A DNA stretch of 63,385 nt, filler included, from Lenisia limosa (taxonomy: Eukaryota > Protista > Breviatea), in NCBI GenBank assembly GCA_001655205.1. It is 12 parts of 12 records of this genome, joined end to end, with 100 filler letters (N's around TTAATTAATTAA, not from the genome) between each part and the next. Parts side by side here need not be neighbours in the genome. Positions count along the whole stretch, not along the records: positions 1 to 2,968 come from LPNZ01006328.1; positions 3,069 to 5,067 come from LPNZ01002565.1; positions 5,168 to 8,472 come from LPNZ01002846.1; positions 8,573 to 9,755 come from LPNZ01005462.1; positions 9,856 to 19,573 come from LPNZ01000730.1; 7 more parts are not named here. One strand, given 5' to 3'. This document shows positions 1 through 12,691 of this stretch, in pieces. The notes beneath the pieces were generated by a model. That model was not told the DNA's origin and did not search any database. It worked only from the letters and a program-made list of their open reading frames with translations. Both the position numbers and the translations under genes were made by a program. Each line of letters starts with the position of its first letter. Within the stretch, counting starts at the first letter, position 1.

Positions 1-51
1 AAGGGGCGGTATTGTTTGGAGGGGAAGGGAAGATAAATTTGACCTTTGCAG

Positions 52-2640
52 GCATGAATCCAACGAATCGCACAATGAAATGGCTGATATCACCAGTGCT
101 ATTTCTAAGGTACGCTTTTTCACAGTAAGTCACTTGTAACTAGAGTCATAAAGATAAAGTCTGTATTGAGACTAGAATCATAAAGAAAAAGTCTAAGTTC
201 ATAAAGATAAAGTCTCTATTGTAACTAGGATCGTGAAGATAAAGTCTTTATTGAAACTAGGATCATATAGTATAAAACCAGGATCATAAAGATAAAGTCT
301 TGGAAGCCTTCGCTCAAATACAACCTTATTCATCTCTGAAATGTAAGTATTATTGAATCATTGATCTTCTAGTCCTTAAACGACACGAAAGCGCAGCTTG
401 CGACGCTATCCGTACAGACCACAGCTTTGTTGGGGAGGGGGGGAGATAAGTCGCCATTAACGGATTTCTTTTTCGAGTTATTTCTGTTCTGTTCCACAGA
501 TTTTTTCAGGAATTTCAACCCCTTTGGATTCGCCATAAATGCACGCATGTGCTATTTTTGTTGGAGATAATTTTAGTGTTAAAATAAACAAAATTGTGCC
601 ACCAATAAAAACGATACAAATAAAGAAAATTGTACCAAAAAAGAGCCCAAAATCAACTTGTTGGTCAAAAAAGGGGGGNNNNNNNNNNNNNNNNNNNNNN
701 NNNNNNNNNNNNNNNNNNNNNNNNNNNNAAGAAATCGGAGGCATAATAAAATAATAAATAAGGAGATCAAGTGCATTATTATTACTTGATAGTATCTCAC
801 TTAAACCGCCAAAGATTGCCTTTTTGCATGAAGTTCGCAGTTTACCCTTTCTTGTAAACACCCCCCCCCCTCCCNNNNNNNNNNNNNNNNNNNNNNNNNN
901 NNNNNNNNNNNNNNNNNNNNNNNNNNNNNNNNNNNNNNNNGAGCATGTTTCCTCAAAATGCACATACTAAGCTGGAAGTATTCTTGACTAACACAAAAAT
1001 AAAGTTTATTCTGCTTGTCTTTTCTTGATTTGACAGCAGACAGAGTTTTTTTTGTATGTTTCATAAATTTTCCAATTTGACTCCCCCCTCCCTTAGGAGA
1101 GATGATCATACCCGGGCTACGTCAGCGCTCGCACGTGACCTTTCAGAAGTGGCAAAAGAAAGCCGCGGAAATAAAAACAACATGGGGGATATTTACTCCA
1201 AGGTTGGGGATAACTTTTTTTTTTGTAATTGAGGGGGGTGGGGAGGAAATACAAACACAACGGGGAATAGATATTTCATTCCAGGATGAATAATTCAAGT
1301 GGGGGTGGGGGGCGGTGTTAAAAATATGTAATAAATACAACGCGGGGTATATTTAATATGATAGTATTAATATATAGTGATACTATAATAATAAACCCCA
1401 GGTTCTGGAGGCCTCCACGTCACGGGAGAAGAAGATTATTGATGCCGCCAAAAGTGNNNNNNNNNNNNNNNNNNNNNNNNNNNNNNNNNNNNNNNNNNNN
1501 NNNNNNNNNNNNNNNNNNNNNGAAATTAAAAACGTGGGGGTTGCGGGGGATGGTAATTTCATGGTATCCCTATGTATTGTTGGAATCTCTAGATTTTGTT
1601 CTATTTTATTCTGGGGAGGCACACAGAAAGCTGTATGTACAGAGTTGACAAAATTAAAAATGACAGCGTCCAAAATGGGGATCTAGTTACAATATGTCCT
1701 ACTTCTATGGCCCACTTCAAATTTTGAATTAATTTATTGCACGGAGCCCTATATTGAATACGAGTGGGAATTTACAGTATGCAAAAGAAAAAGGGGTGAA
1801 GGCGTTCTGATCAAAAGATCCCCCCCTTCATTTTTTGATTATATCTTGCTCACCTTTTTTTCCTTGTTTTTTTTACATTTGCCGTTTTTTTCACATTTCA
1901 TGTCATCAAAAGAGTCATCCCCCCTTGTTTTTGTTTTCACGTTTGCAGGTTTTATATAGAAAAATGCATATTTACTGTTTAGGTAATCAAAAGAGTCATC
2001 CCTCCATTGGAGCGCAAAATGGACGAGGTCGAGAGAAGGCTGGCAGAAGAGTCGGCTAAAATCGTGCATCACTCGTCGGAAATCCAAGACGTCCACGGCC
2101 TTGTAGTGGGGGGGGGGGGGGNNNNNNNNNNNNNNNNNNNNNNNNNNNNNNNNNNNNNNNNNNNNNNNNNNNNNNNNNNNNNNNNNNNNNNNNNNNNNNN
2201 NNNNNNNNNGGAGCTATTTTTATTCAGAATTTCCAAGGAAAATCGGTCAATATTTCCTGTGTTCAGTGTACATTAACTTGTGTTTTGACCCCTCCCACTA
2301 CGGCGTATCGTCATGGAATTCCCTTATATTATGTGGGAATACCATAAAATGCCATGTGATTCCCATGTAAAATATGAGAAGTTCAACGTTTTCACAAGAA
2401 TCCCAAATTGATGCGCCGTAGTGTAATGCAGAAGTAACTGGCCTGGGCTTTGTTTATTTTGTTGTTCTCAACCCATGTGTGTTGTCAGCCAGCAGAGCAG
2501 AGTTGATTCTAGGCTTTTTTTGTTTCATAAATTTCTAATTTACCCCCGCCCCCCACGTTCCCTTAAAACAAAAAAATCACCCTCCCAGGTGCAGCAGAGT
2601 GAAATGGTCACTGCGGCACGGGAGGCGGCAGCCGGTTCGA
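52..2640 (+). CDS. Internal exons of a coiled-coil protein (partial)
   Basis: AG/GT-bounded exons at about 52-109 (HESNESHNEMADITSAISK), 1097-1170 (RDDHTRATSALARDLSEVAKESR), 1403-1454 (VLEASTSREKKIIDAAKS), 2007-2102 (LERKMDEVERRLAEESAKIVHHSSEIQDVHGL) and 2589-2640 (VQQSEMVTAAREAAAGS). Charged, heptad-like composition. No family recognised. Confidence 0.55.
137..300. repeat. Degenerate ~30-bp minisatellite in an intron
   Basis: About five imperfect copies of (T)ATTG(T/A)AACTAG(G/A)ATCATAAAGATAAAGTCT. Confidence 0.8.
2296..2423. mobile_element. TIR-bounded miniature element with CACTA-like ends
   Basis: Left end CACTACGGCGTATC; right end GATGCGCCGTAGTG is its inverted repeat (1 mismatch). A related right end (TTCACAAGAATCCCAA..ATGCGCCGTAG) occurs at ~56310-56340. 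No target duplication seen. Confidence 0.6.
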
Positions 2641-2968
2641 GGGGGGGGATATCATTTAATAATAATATACAGTATATGTTATGGGGGGGCTTGTATTTAT
2701 ATGATGTCTGTTTTTATGATAATTATTATTATTATTATCTCTATTATATCATATTTTAGGCGCGATTTCTTCGACTGGAAAAGTGACAAATGACAATTTA
2801 GACATTAGAGTGGGGGGGTATTGGAGAGAGAGAGGGGCTGAATAAGTAATAATTCTCGGCATGATATGGTATATGTAGCTATATACATATGATATATTCA
2901 ACTAATATATAATATCATATATATTATGATATACTATAATATGATAATATTATTATCACCCCCCCCCC

Positions 2969-3068
2969 NNNNNNNNNNNNNNNNNNNNNNNNNNNNNNNN
3001 NNNNNNNNNNNNTTAATTAATTAANNNNNNNNNNNNNNNNNNNNNNNNNNNNNNNNNNNNNNNNNNNN
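2969..3068. other. Artificial contig spacer N44-TTAATTAATTAA-N44 (first of 11)
   Basis: The same 12-mer sits at 3013, 5112, 8517, 9800, 19618, 47153, 49104, 55774, 59302, 60417 and 61717. TTAATTAATTAA gives stop codons in all six frames. Confidence 0.97.
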
Positions 3069-3504
3069 CGCTTCTGCAGCACCGCATCCCAAGACTTATC
3101 CCGGTCACTGTGTATTGATATGATATATCATATATTATACATATGATATGTAAATATAATATATCATACTATATGGCAATGAGAAATAAAAACCATCCGC
3201 TTATCAGGTATATTGAAGTAAGTTAATATTAATTCACCCAATCATTTACCATACAACTCTGTCTCCACAGCTTTCTGCATGCCTCCCCAGCATACATTAT
3301 GTTATCCATATATATTTTTATTTATAAGTTTCTCGGTGTATTTATTTGTGTCTTCTTGTTCCGAATAAAAGATTGCAATCACTGTTATTTTCCTCTTCAT
3401 TTCTGCTTTCTCATTTTGCACTATATTCTTGTTCCGCTGCTGGAAGATGACCACACCTTCACCAGCAAGGAGAAGCACTTCCTCAAATAAATGACAAACG
3501 CACC

Positions 3505-4412
3505 TCATATGAAGCCTTTGCTATTTCGGCCGCCACTTTGGGGTCCACACTATATTTCTCTTTGGAGACAATTTCTGAGATTGGCTTCGTGAAAAAGTCC
3601 CTTCGTTGTTGACTGGGGGGAGGGGGTGAAAATGGAAAATTTATGAAACAAATAGCCCAGAATCAGCTCTGTTAGCTGACAACACACGAGGGTTGATAAC
3701 AACANNNNNNNNNNNNNNNNNNNNNNNNNNNNNNNNNNNNNNNNNNNNNNNNNNNNNNNNNNNNNNNNAACAAAAACAAAGCCCAAAATCAAGAACAAAA
3801 GAATATGAATCCAAAACAAAAAAACTAGCAATAACAAACATGAGCCAAGCGCACAAAAACAGAAATCATCAGTTGCTAAAAACAAAAAGAGAAAGAGAAA
3901 ATGTCTGAAGAATGCAGAAAACAAAAAAGCTCCAAATCTAGGGTTTCCCTACGGTCCGAAAACGACCGTCCAAATATTGATATTTATCAAGGATTTTTAG
4001 ATAAATTAAGTCTTTTTTTGGACCTTAAAATTCGCTAATTCTCATAATATGATAATACCCACTCAAATAATTCTTGACCGATTTGTTGTATGTGATTTCC
4101 CAAAGAAAATCGGTCAAGACCTAGTCACTGTAAATTTAATACCTCATCTGACACCGTTACCTTTAAATAGCAGCGGAAATGTTTAAAACATAGCATGCAC
4201 TTATTCCCACACATCATACCTAGGGCTTCACTTGTTAGCAAAATCCTTGAAAACTATCGATATTTTACCGGTCTTTTTCGAACCGAAGTGAAGCCCTATT
4301 ACCCCCCCCCACTCATCATCCTTGATTTTGGCGACGTCCTCAGTCCACCTATTAAACATCTCGCTGTTCTTGACCAGTAACGTCTTTGCTAAATCGGCCT
4401 CTTTTCGAAGGT
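3505..4412 (-). CDS. Internal exons of an unknown protein (partial)
   Basis: Exon ~4412-4310 (AKYLRKEADLAKTLLVKNSEMFNRWTEDVAKIKDD, donor gtgggg) and exon ~3613-3505 (QQRRDFFTKPISEIVSKEKYSVDPKVAAEIAKASYE, donor gtgcgt). Both have AG acceptors. Confidence 0.55.
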
Positions 4413-4530
4413 ATTTTGCCTGTTAAAGTGAAAAACAAAAAACAAAGGAATGTCGCTACCAACAACCTTCTGTCATCTGAAGAAAGAAAAAAAAAGCACT
4501 ATAGGAACGTAAATACCCATTATATATCAT

Positions 4531-4634
4531 ACAGAGTTGTAAGGCAAATGATTGGGTGAATTAATATTATCCTATAATCCAATATCTCTCATAAGCGTGA
4601 TGGTGTGGCTTCTGCCAGACACATCCTTATTTTT
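4531..4634 (-). repeat. Dispersed ~100-bp repeat, family B (representative copy)
   Basis: Consensus AAATAAGGTTGTATCTGGCCGAAGCCGTCCACACCATCACGCTTATCAGAGAT...TTCACCCAATCATTTGCCTTACAACTCTGT. Other full or partial copies at ~3230, 4945-5067 (tandem), 6140, 9970-10110, 14410-14465, 18890-18960, 29790-29890, 47060-47108, 47210-47270, 47695-47770, 50120-50150 and 55550-55570. Confidence 0.85.
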
Positions 4635-5168
4635 TATTTCTCGTTGCTATGTATTACATACATATAATTATATGTGTGTATCCAAATAAGGTGATAGGTG
4701 TTGGAAAGTTCAATTCTGACCAAGTTGATTTTAAAACATTACTCCCCCTCCCAAATCAGCATTGTTGATTAAAAAGACTGAATTTCGCGATAAATCCTCG
4801 AAAATTGGGATATTTTTACTGGAATTTTTCAAAACCGAAGTGAAGAGCTAGATAGTGATATGCGATATTACAACCCCCCATTACATACTAGATACTACCA
4901 GGCTTCAAACTGAGGTACAATACATATCAAGATAAGAATTAAAATAGGTTGCATCTGACCAAAGCCGTCCACACCATCACGCTTATCAGAGATGTTGAAT
5001 TACAGCATCTGGCTGAAGCCACACCATCACGCTTATCAGAGATTTTGAGTTATAGCATCTGGCCGAANNNNNNNNNNNNNNNNNNNNNNNNNNNNNNNNN
5101 NNNNNNNNNNNTTAATTAATTAANNNNNNNNNNNNNNNNNNNNNNNNNNNNNNNNNNNNNNNNNNNNC

Positions 5169-8100
5169 GTTTGTCTACTCGAAATCATTCGTCCGTAATC
5201 CTCAGACTCCAGAGGTTTCTGGACCTGTTAGAGAGCTGAAATTTTTAAAAGAAGGATTTAAATCCTAAGAATAGCTATTTATGTGTAACGTAGTTTCTGA
5301 GGTACAAAAATACCATAAAACACCTGAAATAGAGGAGAGTAAAGATAACCAACAAAACCCTACCTCCCCCTACCCATCTCAGTTTCTGACCACCCTTACA
5401 TTGTACATTTCCTTGATTGCATCAACCAGAGCTGTCAGGAGATCGTCATAAACGGCCTCCTAGCTTGGATAAAAAAAAAACGGCTATTTAGACAAAAAGA
5501 GGCAAAAAAAAACGCCTGTTACTCACAAAACAAAAAAGAAACCCGGCTATTAATACCAAGTTTAAAATAGAAAGGGAGTGACAGAACAAGAAGAGACTAA
5601 CATGTCGAATTGTTTCTTTCATATACGTAAGCACCAGTTATGCTTTAGCTATATGAAAGATCAATAAGACTACACCCGTAGATAAAGATAATGGAACCAG
5701 CAAACATGGCAGTAAATATGGTCAGGGGCAAGGCAGGTTTGGCCAGTATTGAACATTTTCGACCAAATCAAACGTCGGGCAGTGGTCTGTGATGTAATCA
5801 AAGTAGGAGAGGGAGTAGCAAATGAGCTGAGAGAAGTCCACTAGTGACATGATCATATGACCGACTCGAGTCGAATGACGAACGAGGGTTTATCCCGAGT
5901 GCATCAGAGTATCATTGAGACTTGTCGGTTTATGTTTTTTTTTTTAAAAAAAGAGTTGACAATGTAGGTAAAAGGGAAACGATGCAGCCTACTTTGATGT
6001 CAATTTTCTGGTCCACATAGACAGGGTTCTTGCCACCTTCATGGTCAAAACATTTCCACGAATGATTGATTAGTTCGGGGTTGATGAAGAAATTGAACAG
6101 GATGGTAGATTGGTGGGAGTTGATAATGATGTACAGATGATTGGGTGAATTAATTATACAAGATCAATAAAAGATGCAAATGAAAAATAGAGAGTAAATA
6201 TGATCAAAGTCTAACAGGGATAAAAAAAAAAAAGAAAAAGTTTAAATGGAAGTTCACAGGTGGTGTAGCTCGGATGTCGGGTTTTAAGTGTTTATTTTTC
6301 ATGGTTTCTCTTATTTTCTATTATACAAACACAAGAGCAATAATGATCAACATTACCATACAGTGTATTGTTAAGGTGAACTAGTTTACCCCCCCCCCCA
6401 AAAAAAAAAAANNNNNNNNNNNNNNNNNNNNNNNNNNNNNNNNNNNNNNNNNNNNNNNNNNNNNNNNNNNNNNNNNNNNNNNNNNNNNNNNNNAAGCTCT
6501 TGGGGATGGTCGAATAGAGCGGGACTTATTCAGAGATCGTATGCAAGAAGGCATTATTAGATATCTATCTGTATAAATGTTTGTCTTCTCTGTTGCAAAT
6601 GATATTGTGAAAGATCTTACATAGTATTAGACAGAGTAAACCACTTGTCCATTGAAGAGGACATGACCAAATAGTTTTAAAAAGGTAAGCTCTGTTTGTA
6701 TTTTCATCTTCCCGTTTTTGTTTTTGTTGGGGGAGGGGTTCGAGATATGTCTAGTGTTTAATCGTTGCAGGTCTAAAGGGTATGTATCTCACCGGTACCC
6801 AAAAATCATTTCGAGAATCGCTTGAGAATATATTGGTAGGAGTATATAACAATAATAAGCTTACCAATACACTTTTTTGATTGTTCTTAGACGCTTCTCA
6901 TCTTTTTTTTTTTAAAAAAATCACGCTTTAGTTTTTGTGAGCCCATCTATGAAATTGGAAGCAGTCAAGGTCCTCATCAAGACCGATTTGAAGAGGACCA
7001 GCCAGCTGTCGCGCGGTTTCTATTTTAGCGAACCTCCGATTATTAAGCGCAGAATTGTTGAGAAACTGAATGTAGACAGTTAAATTTCAGTCCATGCTCT
7101 TTTCATCTGGAAAGTGTAACCCCATAGTCAAGAGAGGATATGTTATTAAGAATGGCAATATGTGGGAAGTGTACTTCCGCAGAATGCCCAAAGATGAGGC
7201 AGCGACTGTGTCAGGAGCGCGCTGATACTGAAATGAAAAAAAAGGAGTCCCTTCAGGTTTTTAAGTTGTAAATAATTTGCCTCCTGCGGTTTGTGTTTGT
7301 CAATTGGCGTTTTGAAGACTTACTTAAACAAAATTCAATGATTTTTTTCTTTTCCTGTTAATAATTTGCCCAGACGGTGGTATGCATGGCTGACTTTAGT
7401 AGATTGGAAAACGTTACATGAACAACCAGGTGTTCGAAAACATGGAGTGGCCGGCACAGTCCCAGACCTCAACTCTATTGAACACGTCTGGTACACACCT
7501 CGCGACCAAGAAGGGAACCCTTCTCAGTGAAGAAGACCTTTGGCAACGCCTCAACGTCGCTTGGGACTCAATTACCCCTGAGATCGTCACCCATCGCCGC
7601 CGTGGCGTCATCGCCGCTAAGGGTAATGAAGCAGATTGATAAAATCAAGCAGCCATATGCCGGTACTGTACATACCAACAAGGCATGACAGGCTTATATC
7701 GGAGATTGTTTTGCCGTTTTGATTGTGTCAATTACTATATTTAAGTCAACAAAAACGTGTGTTTTTCATGAGAATAGTTTTCCTTTAGTGAGAAGTTTCT
7801 GTGATTTCTTTTGGTTCGGAGCTTTCACTTGCTGCCTTGCAGAAGAAGAACACACAAAACATAATAATAAAAAATATAAAAAAAAAGGCGAAAAACAAGG
7901 TCAACAGAACTTTCGAAAAAAACTCAACAAAATTCTTGGCAAATTTGGAAGTCTTTTAGAAACAAAAGAGACGCCCACGAAAAGAGAAAAATAATAAGCA
8001 AACCAAGTTCCAGTGTGACAGGAGTTAAATGCGCTGCTGCGGCCTTGTAAACCTCTCTTCCAACGTGCTAATAGGGGGAATCACAATATAAATTATATAA

Positions 8101-8282
8101 ACGGAAATGAGATCCTGCCCAAAGTCGTCCACACCATCCCATTTCTTGGAGAAAAAGTAGAAAGTTGACTTTGAAACAAAAATTTCAACACGCTGATTGG
8201 AATCCCACCCAACCACAGAACCAGTAAAGAAGATGTGGTCCCATTTTGGCTGTAGCAGCGCCTGAATAACATTCCTTCCTCC
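5169..8282 (-). CDS. ALDH3: Class 3 (fatty) aldehyde dehydrogenase, internal exons
   Basis: Spliced translation GGRNVIQALLQPKWDHIFFTGSV|HVGREVYKAAAAHLTPVTLELG|GKNPVYVDQKIDIK|TTARRLIWSKMFNTGQTCLAPDHIYCH|EAVYDDLLTALVDAIKEMYN|VQKPLESEDYGRMISSRQT. It contains the FTGS, LELGGK (catalytic Glu) and GQTC (catalytic Cys) motifs typical of ALDH3. Confidence 0.93.
7380..7668 (+). pseudogene. Decayed Tc1/mariner transposase 3' end, inside a ~2-kb ALDH3 intron
   Basis: MEWPAQS(+1 frameshift)PDLNSIEHVW...EDLWQRLNVAWDSITPEIV..RRRGVIAAKG matches the Tc1 WPxQSPDLNPIE motif and C-terminus. It is followed by CCGGTACTG|TA, a Tc1-like end. Confidence 0.85.
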
Positions 8283-8735
8283 TAAAAGGGTCAGAGGAAT
8301 GCAGATTAAATCCAAATAATGTAGTTTGAGATACTTTGGGTCCGACCAAGCGCTTATTGAGAAAAGAGCTTCACGTTCGGTTCTGAAAAAAGTATAGGTG
8401 GAGGCACATGAATGTGGGCACCCACATGAGTGTGGGCACTTTTTCATTTTTTCATTTTTTTTAGATAAAAAANNNNNNNNNNNNNNNNNNNNNNNNNNNN
8501 NNNNNNNNNNNNNNNNTTAATTAATTAANNNNNNNNNNNNNNNNNNNNNNNNNNNNNNNNNNNNNNNNNNNNGCACCATACACGTAAGATTACCCCAATA
8601 TCAGACCCATATTACATTATTTATGATCTCACAACCGACCATTAGTATCATATATCATATCGTGATAACATCTAGAAAGAGGAAAAATCTCAAACACATC
8701 ACATATTTAGACAGTATATCAAGTATAGCCACCCA

Positions 8736-9300
8736 CCAGGAGCCTGCGCCACGCACGCGCGCGACGAGAGGTTTGAATGTCCACAGCGTTGGTGAAGAAA
8801 TCGGTCTCATTGTCCTGGGGGGGTTATTGATCTGAGCAAAGAGCAAGGGAGGAGGTTTGGCAAGTGTGAGGGAGGAGAAAGAAGAAAGAAGAAGAAAGAA
8901 GAAAGAAGAAAGAAGAAAGAAGAAAGAACAAAGAAGAAAGAAGAAAGAAGAAAGAAGAAAGAAGAAAGATGAAAGATGAAAGAAGAAGACAGAACCACAC
9001 TCACGTCAGAATATACTGCAGCGAGTTGAGGATATTCGTCCGGATAGTTGGCTGCAATTTTCTTGAAGACAAACAGAGCTTCCTGATAGAGTAACGCGGG
9101 TGCATACAAATCAATAAAAATACAAGACAAATTAACAACACAATACAGTGATTTAAAACAATTCCACCGTAATTGATATGATCATTCCTCCCCCCAACCT
9201 TCACAGCGTCCATGTTCTTGGAGGCAGCCACCTGTCGGAGGCTTGGGACCACCAACGATGCAACGGACGGCTTCGGGTCATAGGACGGAAAGGGGGTTGT
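8736..9300 (-). CDS. UTP20: U3 snoRNP protein UTP20 (DRIM), internal exons
   Basis: SVASLVVPSLRQVAASKNMDAVK|..ALLYQEALFVFKKIAANYPDEYPQLAAVYSD|DNETDFFTNAVDIQTSRRARAWRRLL resembles the UTP20 motif DxExDFFxNxxHIQxHRRxRAL. Confidence 0.75.
8876..8986. repeat. (GAAGAAA)n microsatellite in a UTP20 intron
   Basis: About 15 near-perfect 7-mer units. Confidence 0.95.
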
Positions 9301-10249
9301 CTGCAAGGTCAGAGTAACCAAAATCATTATTAGGTTCAGGTTAAGCTACATTGCGTGTAAAAAGGTCCCAAAAATAGCAACCCAAATTTGGTAAAAATCA
9401 CGAAATTCTGACAGTGAACTCTATAATACAAGGTCTTAAACAGGAAAAAAGCGAACCTTGCAATCAGCAATGCTCTGTACCCAGTCGCTAAGAGAGGATC
9501 CTGCATTTTGTCTCAATCCCAAGTCTGGGGGGAGGGGGGTAAGGAATGCATACGTAACGTCTTGTAAATAAACCTTATTAACTACATACTGATCAAATTT
9601 CAATTTTCCTCCAAAATGGCCCTTTTGACAGTCATAGCTATGCCCAATCAACAGATCAAAGATGATGATTAAGAATGTCATCTGAGACTATCACCCCCAA
9701 CAATCCCCAAAATAATATTATCTCTAACCAATCTCAATATTAATTTGATAAATTTNNNNNNNNNNNNNNNNNNNNNNNNNNNNNNNNNNNNNNNNNNNNT
9801 TAATTAATTAANNNNNNNNNNNNNNNNNNNNNNNNNNNNNNNNNNNNNNNNNNNNGGTTCCCAAAACATTTTTGGGCGACAAGATACCTCGCAACTGCCA
9901 TGTACATATTATAACATATTTTCCACAACCCATACAGTTACATATCATATACTACAAGAGATGAGAAGGCAGTATCTGGCCGAAACCGTCCACACCATCA
10001 TGCTGATAGGAGTTTATGGATTATAGTATAGTATATAGCAATGAGAAACAAGAAATAAAGATGTATCTGGCCTAACCGTATGGTATAATAACAATACCCA
10101 ATCATTTGTCTAAAACCCAGTGTCTCACAAGATAGATACTACACACAGTCACTGTCAAAGAATCAGATTTCCCTTCAGAAAAATAGGTCAAGATTGCCAC
10201 ACACTCTACATTCAGCCATAGGAGTAATATGTAAATAGCTACATACTAT

Positions 10250-12367
10250 CTCTGACAGGATATCTAAACCTAATTCAGCCGACATGAAAGAACCTTGACA
10301 AAAGCCTACTGGGTTGCTTTGGACTATGGCCACTTCGAACATGTTACTCAACCTGTTTAGCAAGAAGGGGTCGGTATCTATCTGCGTTTCTCTGTTTACG
10401 CTGGAAGACTGGCTCGGATGGTAGTGTGACAGACTCAAAAGGGCCTTCATTGAAGCCTCCACAACCTGTACAATGACATCTATTGCACTGAATTATGGAA
10501 TTGTGTGAATTGCGAAATAAAACAAGTTTGTATTTGTCTATACCATCACTTGAAACTTGGGCTTCACTTCGGTTCCAAAAATACAGATAAAATATTGATA
10601 GTTTTCGAGGATTTAGCGAGCAATTCAGTCTTTTTTTCGAACCGAAGTGAAGCCCTACTCGAAACCGTGAAATCGTGTAAAATGAGCGGAAACCCCCCGA
10701 TGTGACGGTGATGAATACTATATCATATCATATATGATATGTAGTATATTTATTAGGCATCAAAAATGCCGAATATATCGGCACTCAGAGGAAAGAAGTG
10801 AATCATTTTGAAATGTTGATTGTGGCGATAGGGTTTTATGTCAGGGTTTTGTCTGTTTTGAAATTGCGTGATATTCATATCTTAGGTTATCCAAATTGGC
10901 GTTTAGCCACGAGACATTACTTTAAAATCACATATCATGACTAAACTCCAGAATAGGGGTAATATTCGGTAAAATACGAAGACGTTGGGTCAAAATAGCC
11001 TAATGCTCTGCTTAATCGACATGGTGAAAAGCCTATTCAGATTCAAAGAGCAGTCTACATACTTACTTTCGCTGTTTCTGGCAACAAAAGATTAGGTTGA
11101 TACTAGTCAAATCCAAATTCCATAATAGGCAAGTTTATGCAACCAAATAAGGCAATTAAACCCCATCAGAAAATAATACACCGCCATAAAAGGCAAGTCT
11201 ATCCTACCGCAATTGAAGAAGATGCTAAACATGAAGAAATGTGATCAACTGAATTGAAGCGATGTCTGTTGGTGTGAACATAGGTTTAATGAAGGTTGCA
11301 TTGATACATTACCTTCTATTCTTGAAAAAGTGTATATTAAATTAGCATAGAACAACTATTAAGTACTCGAAAATTGAAAAAAAAAAACCCAAGAATGACT
11401 TCAACTGTCAAAAAAAGCAAATCAATAGGGGGAGAGTCATCATAAAAACAATTGCTTTCCTGACATAGCCAGCATATAGTTGAAACTAAGGAAACCTATC
11501 ATTGTACCAAATCTGAAAAGTATTATCTTTGTTTAGTCAATGAATGTTTTTTTCTTGCCAAGAGTAACCGATAAATATCAAAGCAAACACTAGGGATGTT
11601 CCTCACCTGTTATTAGCGTGGGACAAAAGGATGCCAAAGAACTTCAAGATGATGAGGGCGGCTTCCTCATCTTCTTGCGTTCTGGGGGTCAGTCTTCACT
11701 AATACTCAATACTATCTCTAAGGGGAAAAGAAAACGGGAAGTGTTAACATTGACAACAAGAGCCTATTAGCAACCAAGAAATTAATGAAAATGCAAAGTT
11801 ACTTCCATTTACTACTGTTGCTTCTGGATAGAAGAGCAATACCACCAAAACATTCCAGATTCACATACATGACTGAAAAAAAGTCCGCCAACACTATAAT
11901 GACAGACGCTATTCCCAAGAACCTGAATTGGAAAAAGCAAGGAGGGTGAGGTTCTGCAGATGATGGGCAGATCGCACACTTTGTAATCACGGATTTCAAG
12001 ATTTCATCCGCCTTATTTACGACAGCAAGCCATGAATAAATGTCTCCCTAGGGAAATGGTGAGCAAAGACAGCCAAGCAGTCAAGAAAGAAATGATTCCA
12101 TTTAAAAACTGGTCCTGCAATTTGACTTAATATCATTTAAAAAACAATAAATCATCAAATACCCTTTCAAAAGGCCATGAAACACTCAGGGGTCGGAGTA
12201 GCGACAGAAACTGGGACGGTTTGGAAGCCGATCGCAGTTGAATAATCGCGTGACTGTGCTCATAGGACTAAATCTAATGAGAGTAGTCGAAAATAGCGCG
12301 TAAAATTTTTAAGTGAAAGGAAGGCGAACCAAAAACACCGCTTTTCTGTTGCGGCCAACGGATCCAT
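10250..12367 (-). CDS. HUWE1: HUWE1/Tom1/UPL1-like HECT E3 ligase, N-terminal (DUF908-like) exons; rest lies beyond the contig end
   Basis: ATG at 12367. MDPLAATEKR|HAIIQLRSASKPSQFLSLLRPLSVSWPFER|GDIYSWLAVVNKADEILKSVITK...; TQEDEEAALIILKFFGILLSHANNR; VVEASMKALLSL. These resemble the W-x-F-x-K/R-GDLxxWxxVLNxFDxIL and LxILxFxxxLLxNxxNR motifs at the family N-terminus. The HECT domain is not in the window. Confidence 0.7.
10557..10657. mobile_element. hAT-type MITE family A (~100 bp) with 8-bp target duplication
   Basis: TIRs T(A/T)GGGCTTCACTTCGGTTC / GAACCGAAGTGAAGCCCTA; flanks CTTGAAAC and CTCGAAAC. Confidence 0.9.
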
Positions 12368-12691
12368 CTAATGAAACCTTCATTTCACCAGCTTAGAGCT
12401 GGGTATATGCTTTAGGTGAAAAATTCAATTACACATATTGGTATACTTCTCAAACTAATTATTGTCAAATCCTTATCTTAACTATATTTGCTGAATAAAG
12501 GTGGACTTTTTGAAAAAAATGCCATAAATGTATTTAGTGAAGTTATGCGGCCGGACAATTTTCGACCACGTTTTTTTGCCTGTATGCCAACCGTTGTGTG
12601 AATGTTGTTTATTATCAGTTTATTATTGTATATTATTTAATAAAACAACGCTCTTGACGACTTTGGAGGAATCGCTGGGTTCACTAAAAAG

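Noticed and set aside
478-963. ORFs containing runs of X throughout the ORF track
   Set aside because: They stay open only because N bases hide stop codons.
3013-3024. TTAATTAATTAA as a biological motif (PacI-like site or piggyBac footprint)
   Set aside because: It is always centred in exactly 44+44 Ns, so it is an assembly linker.
5169-12367. Apparent HUWE1-UTP20-ALDH3 fusion gene on the minus strand
   Set aside because: The three parts are on different contigs separated by artificial spacers.
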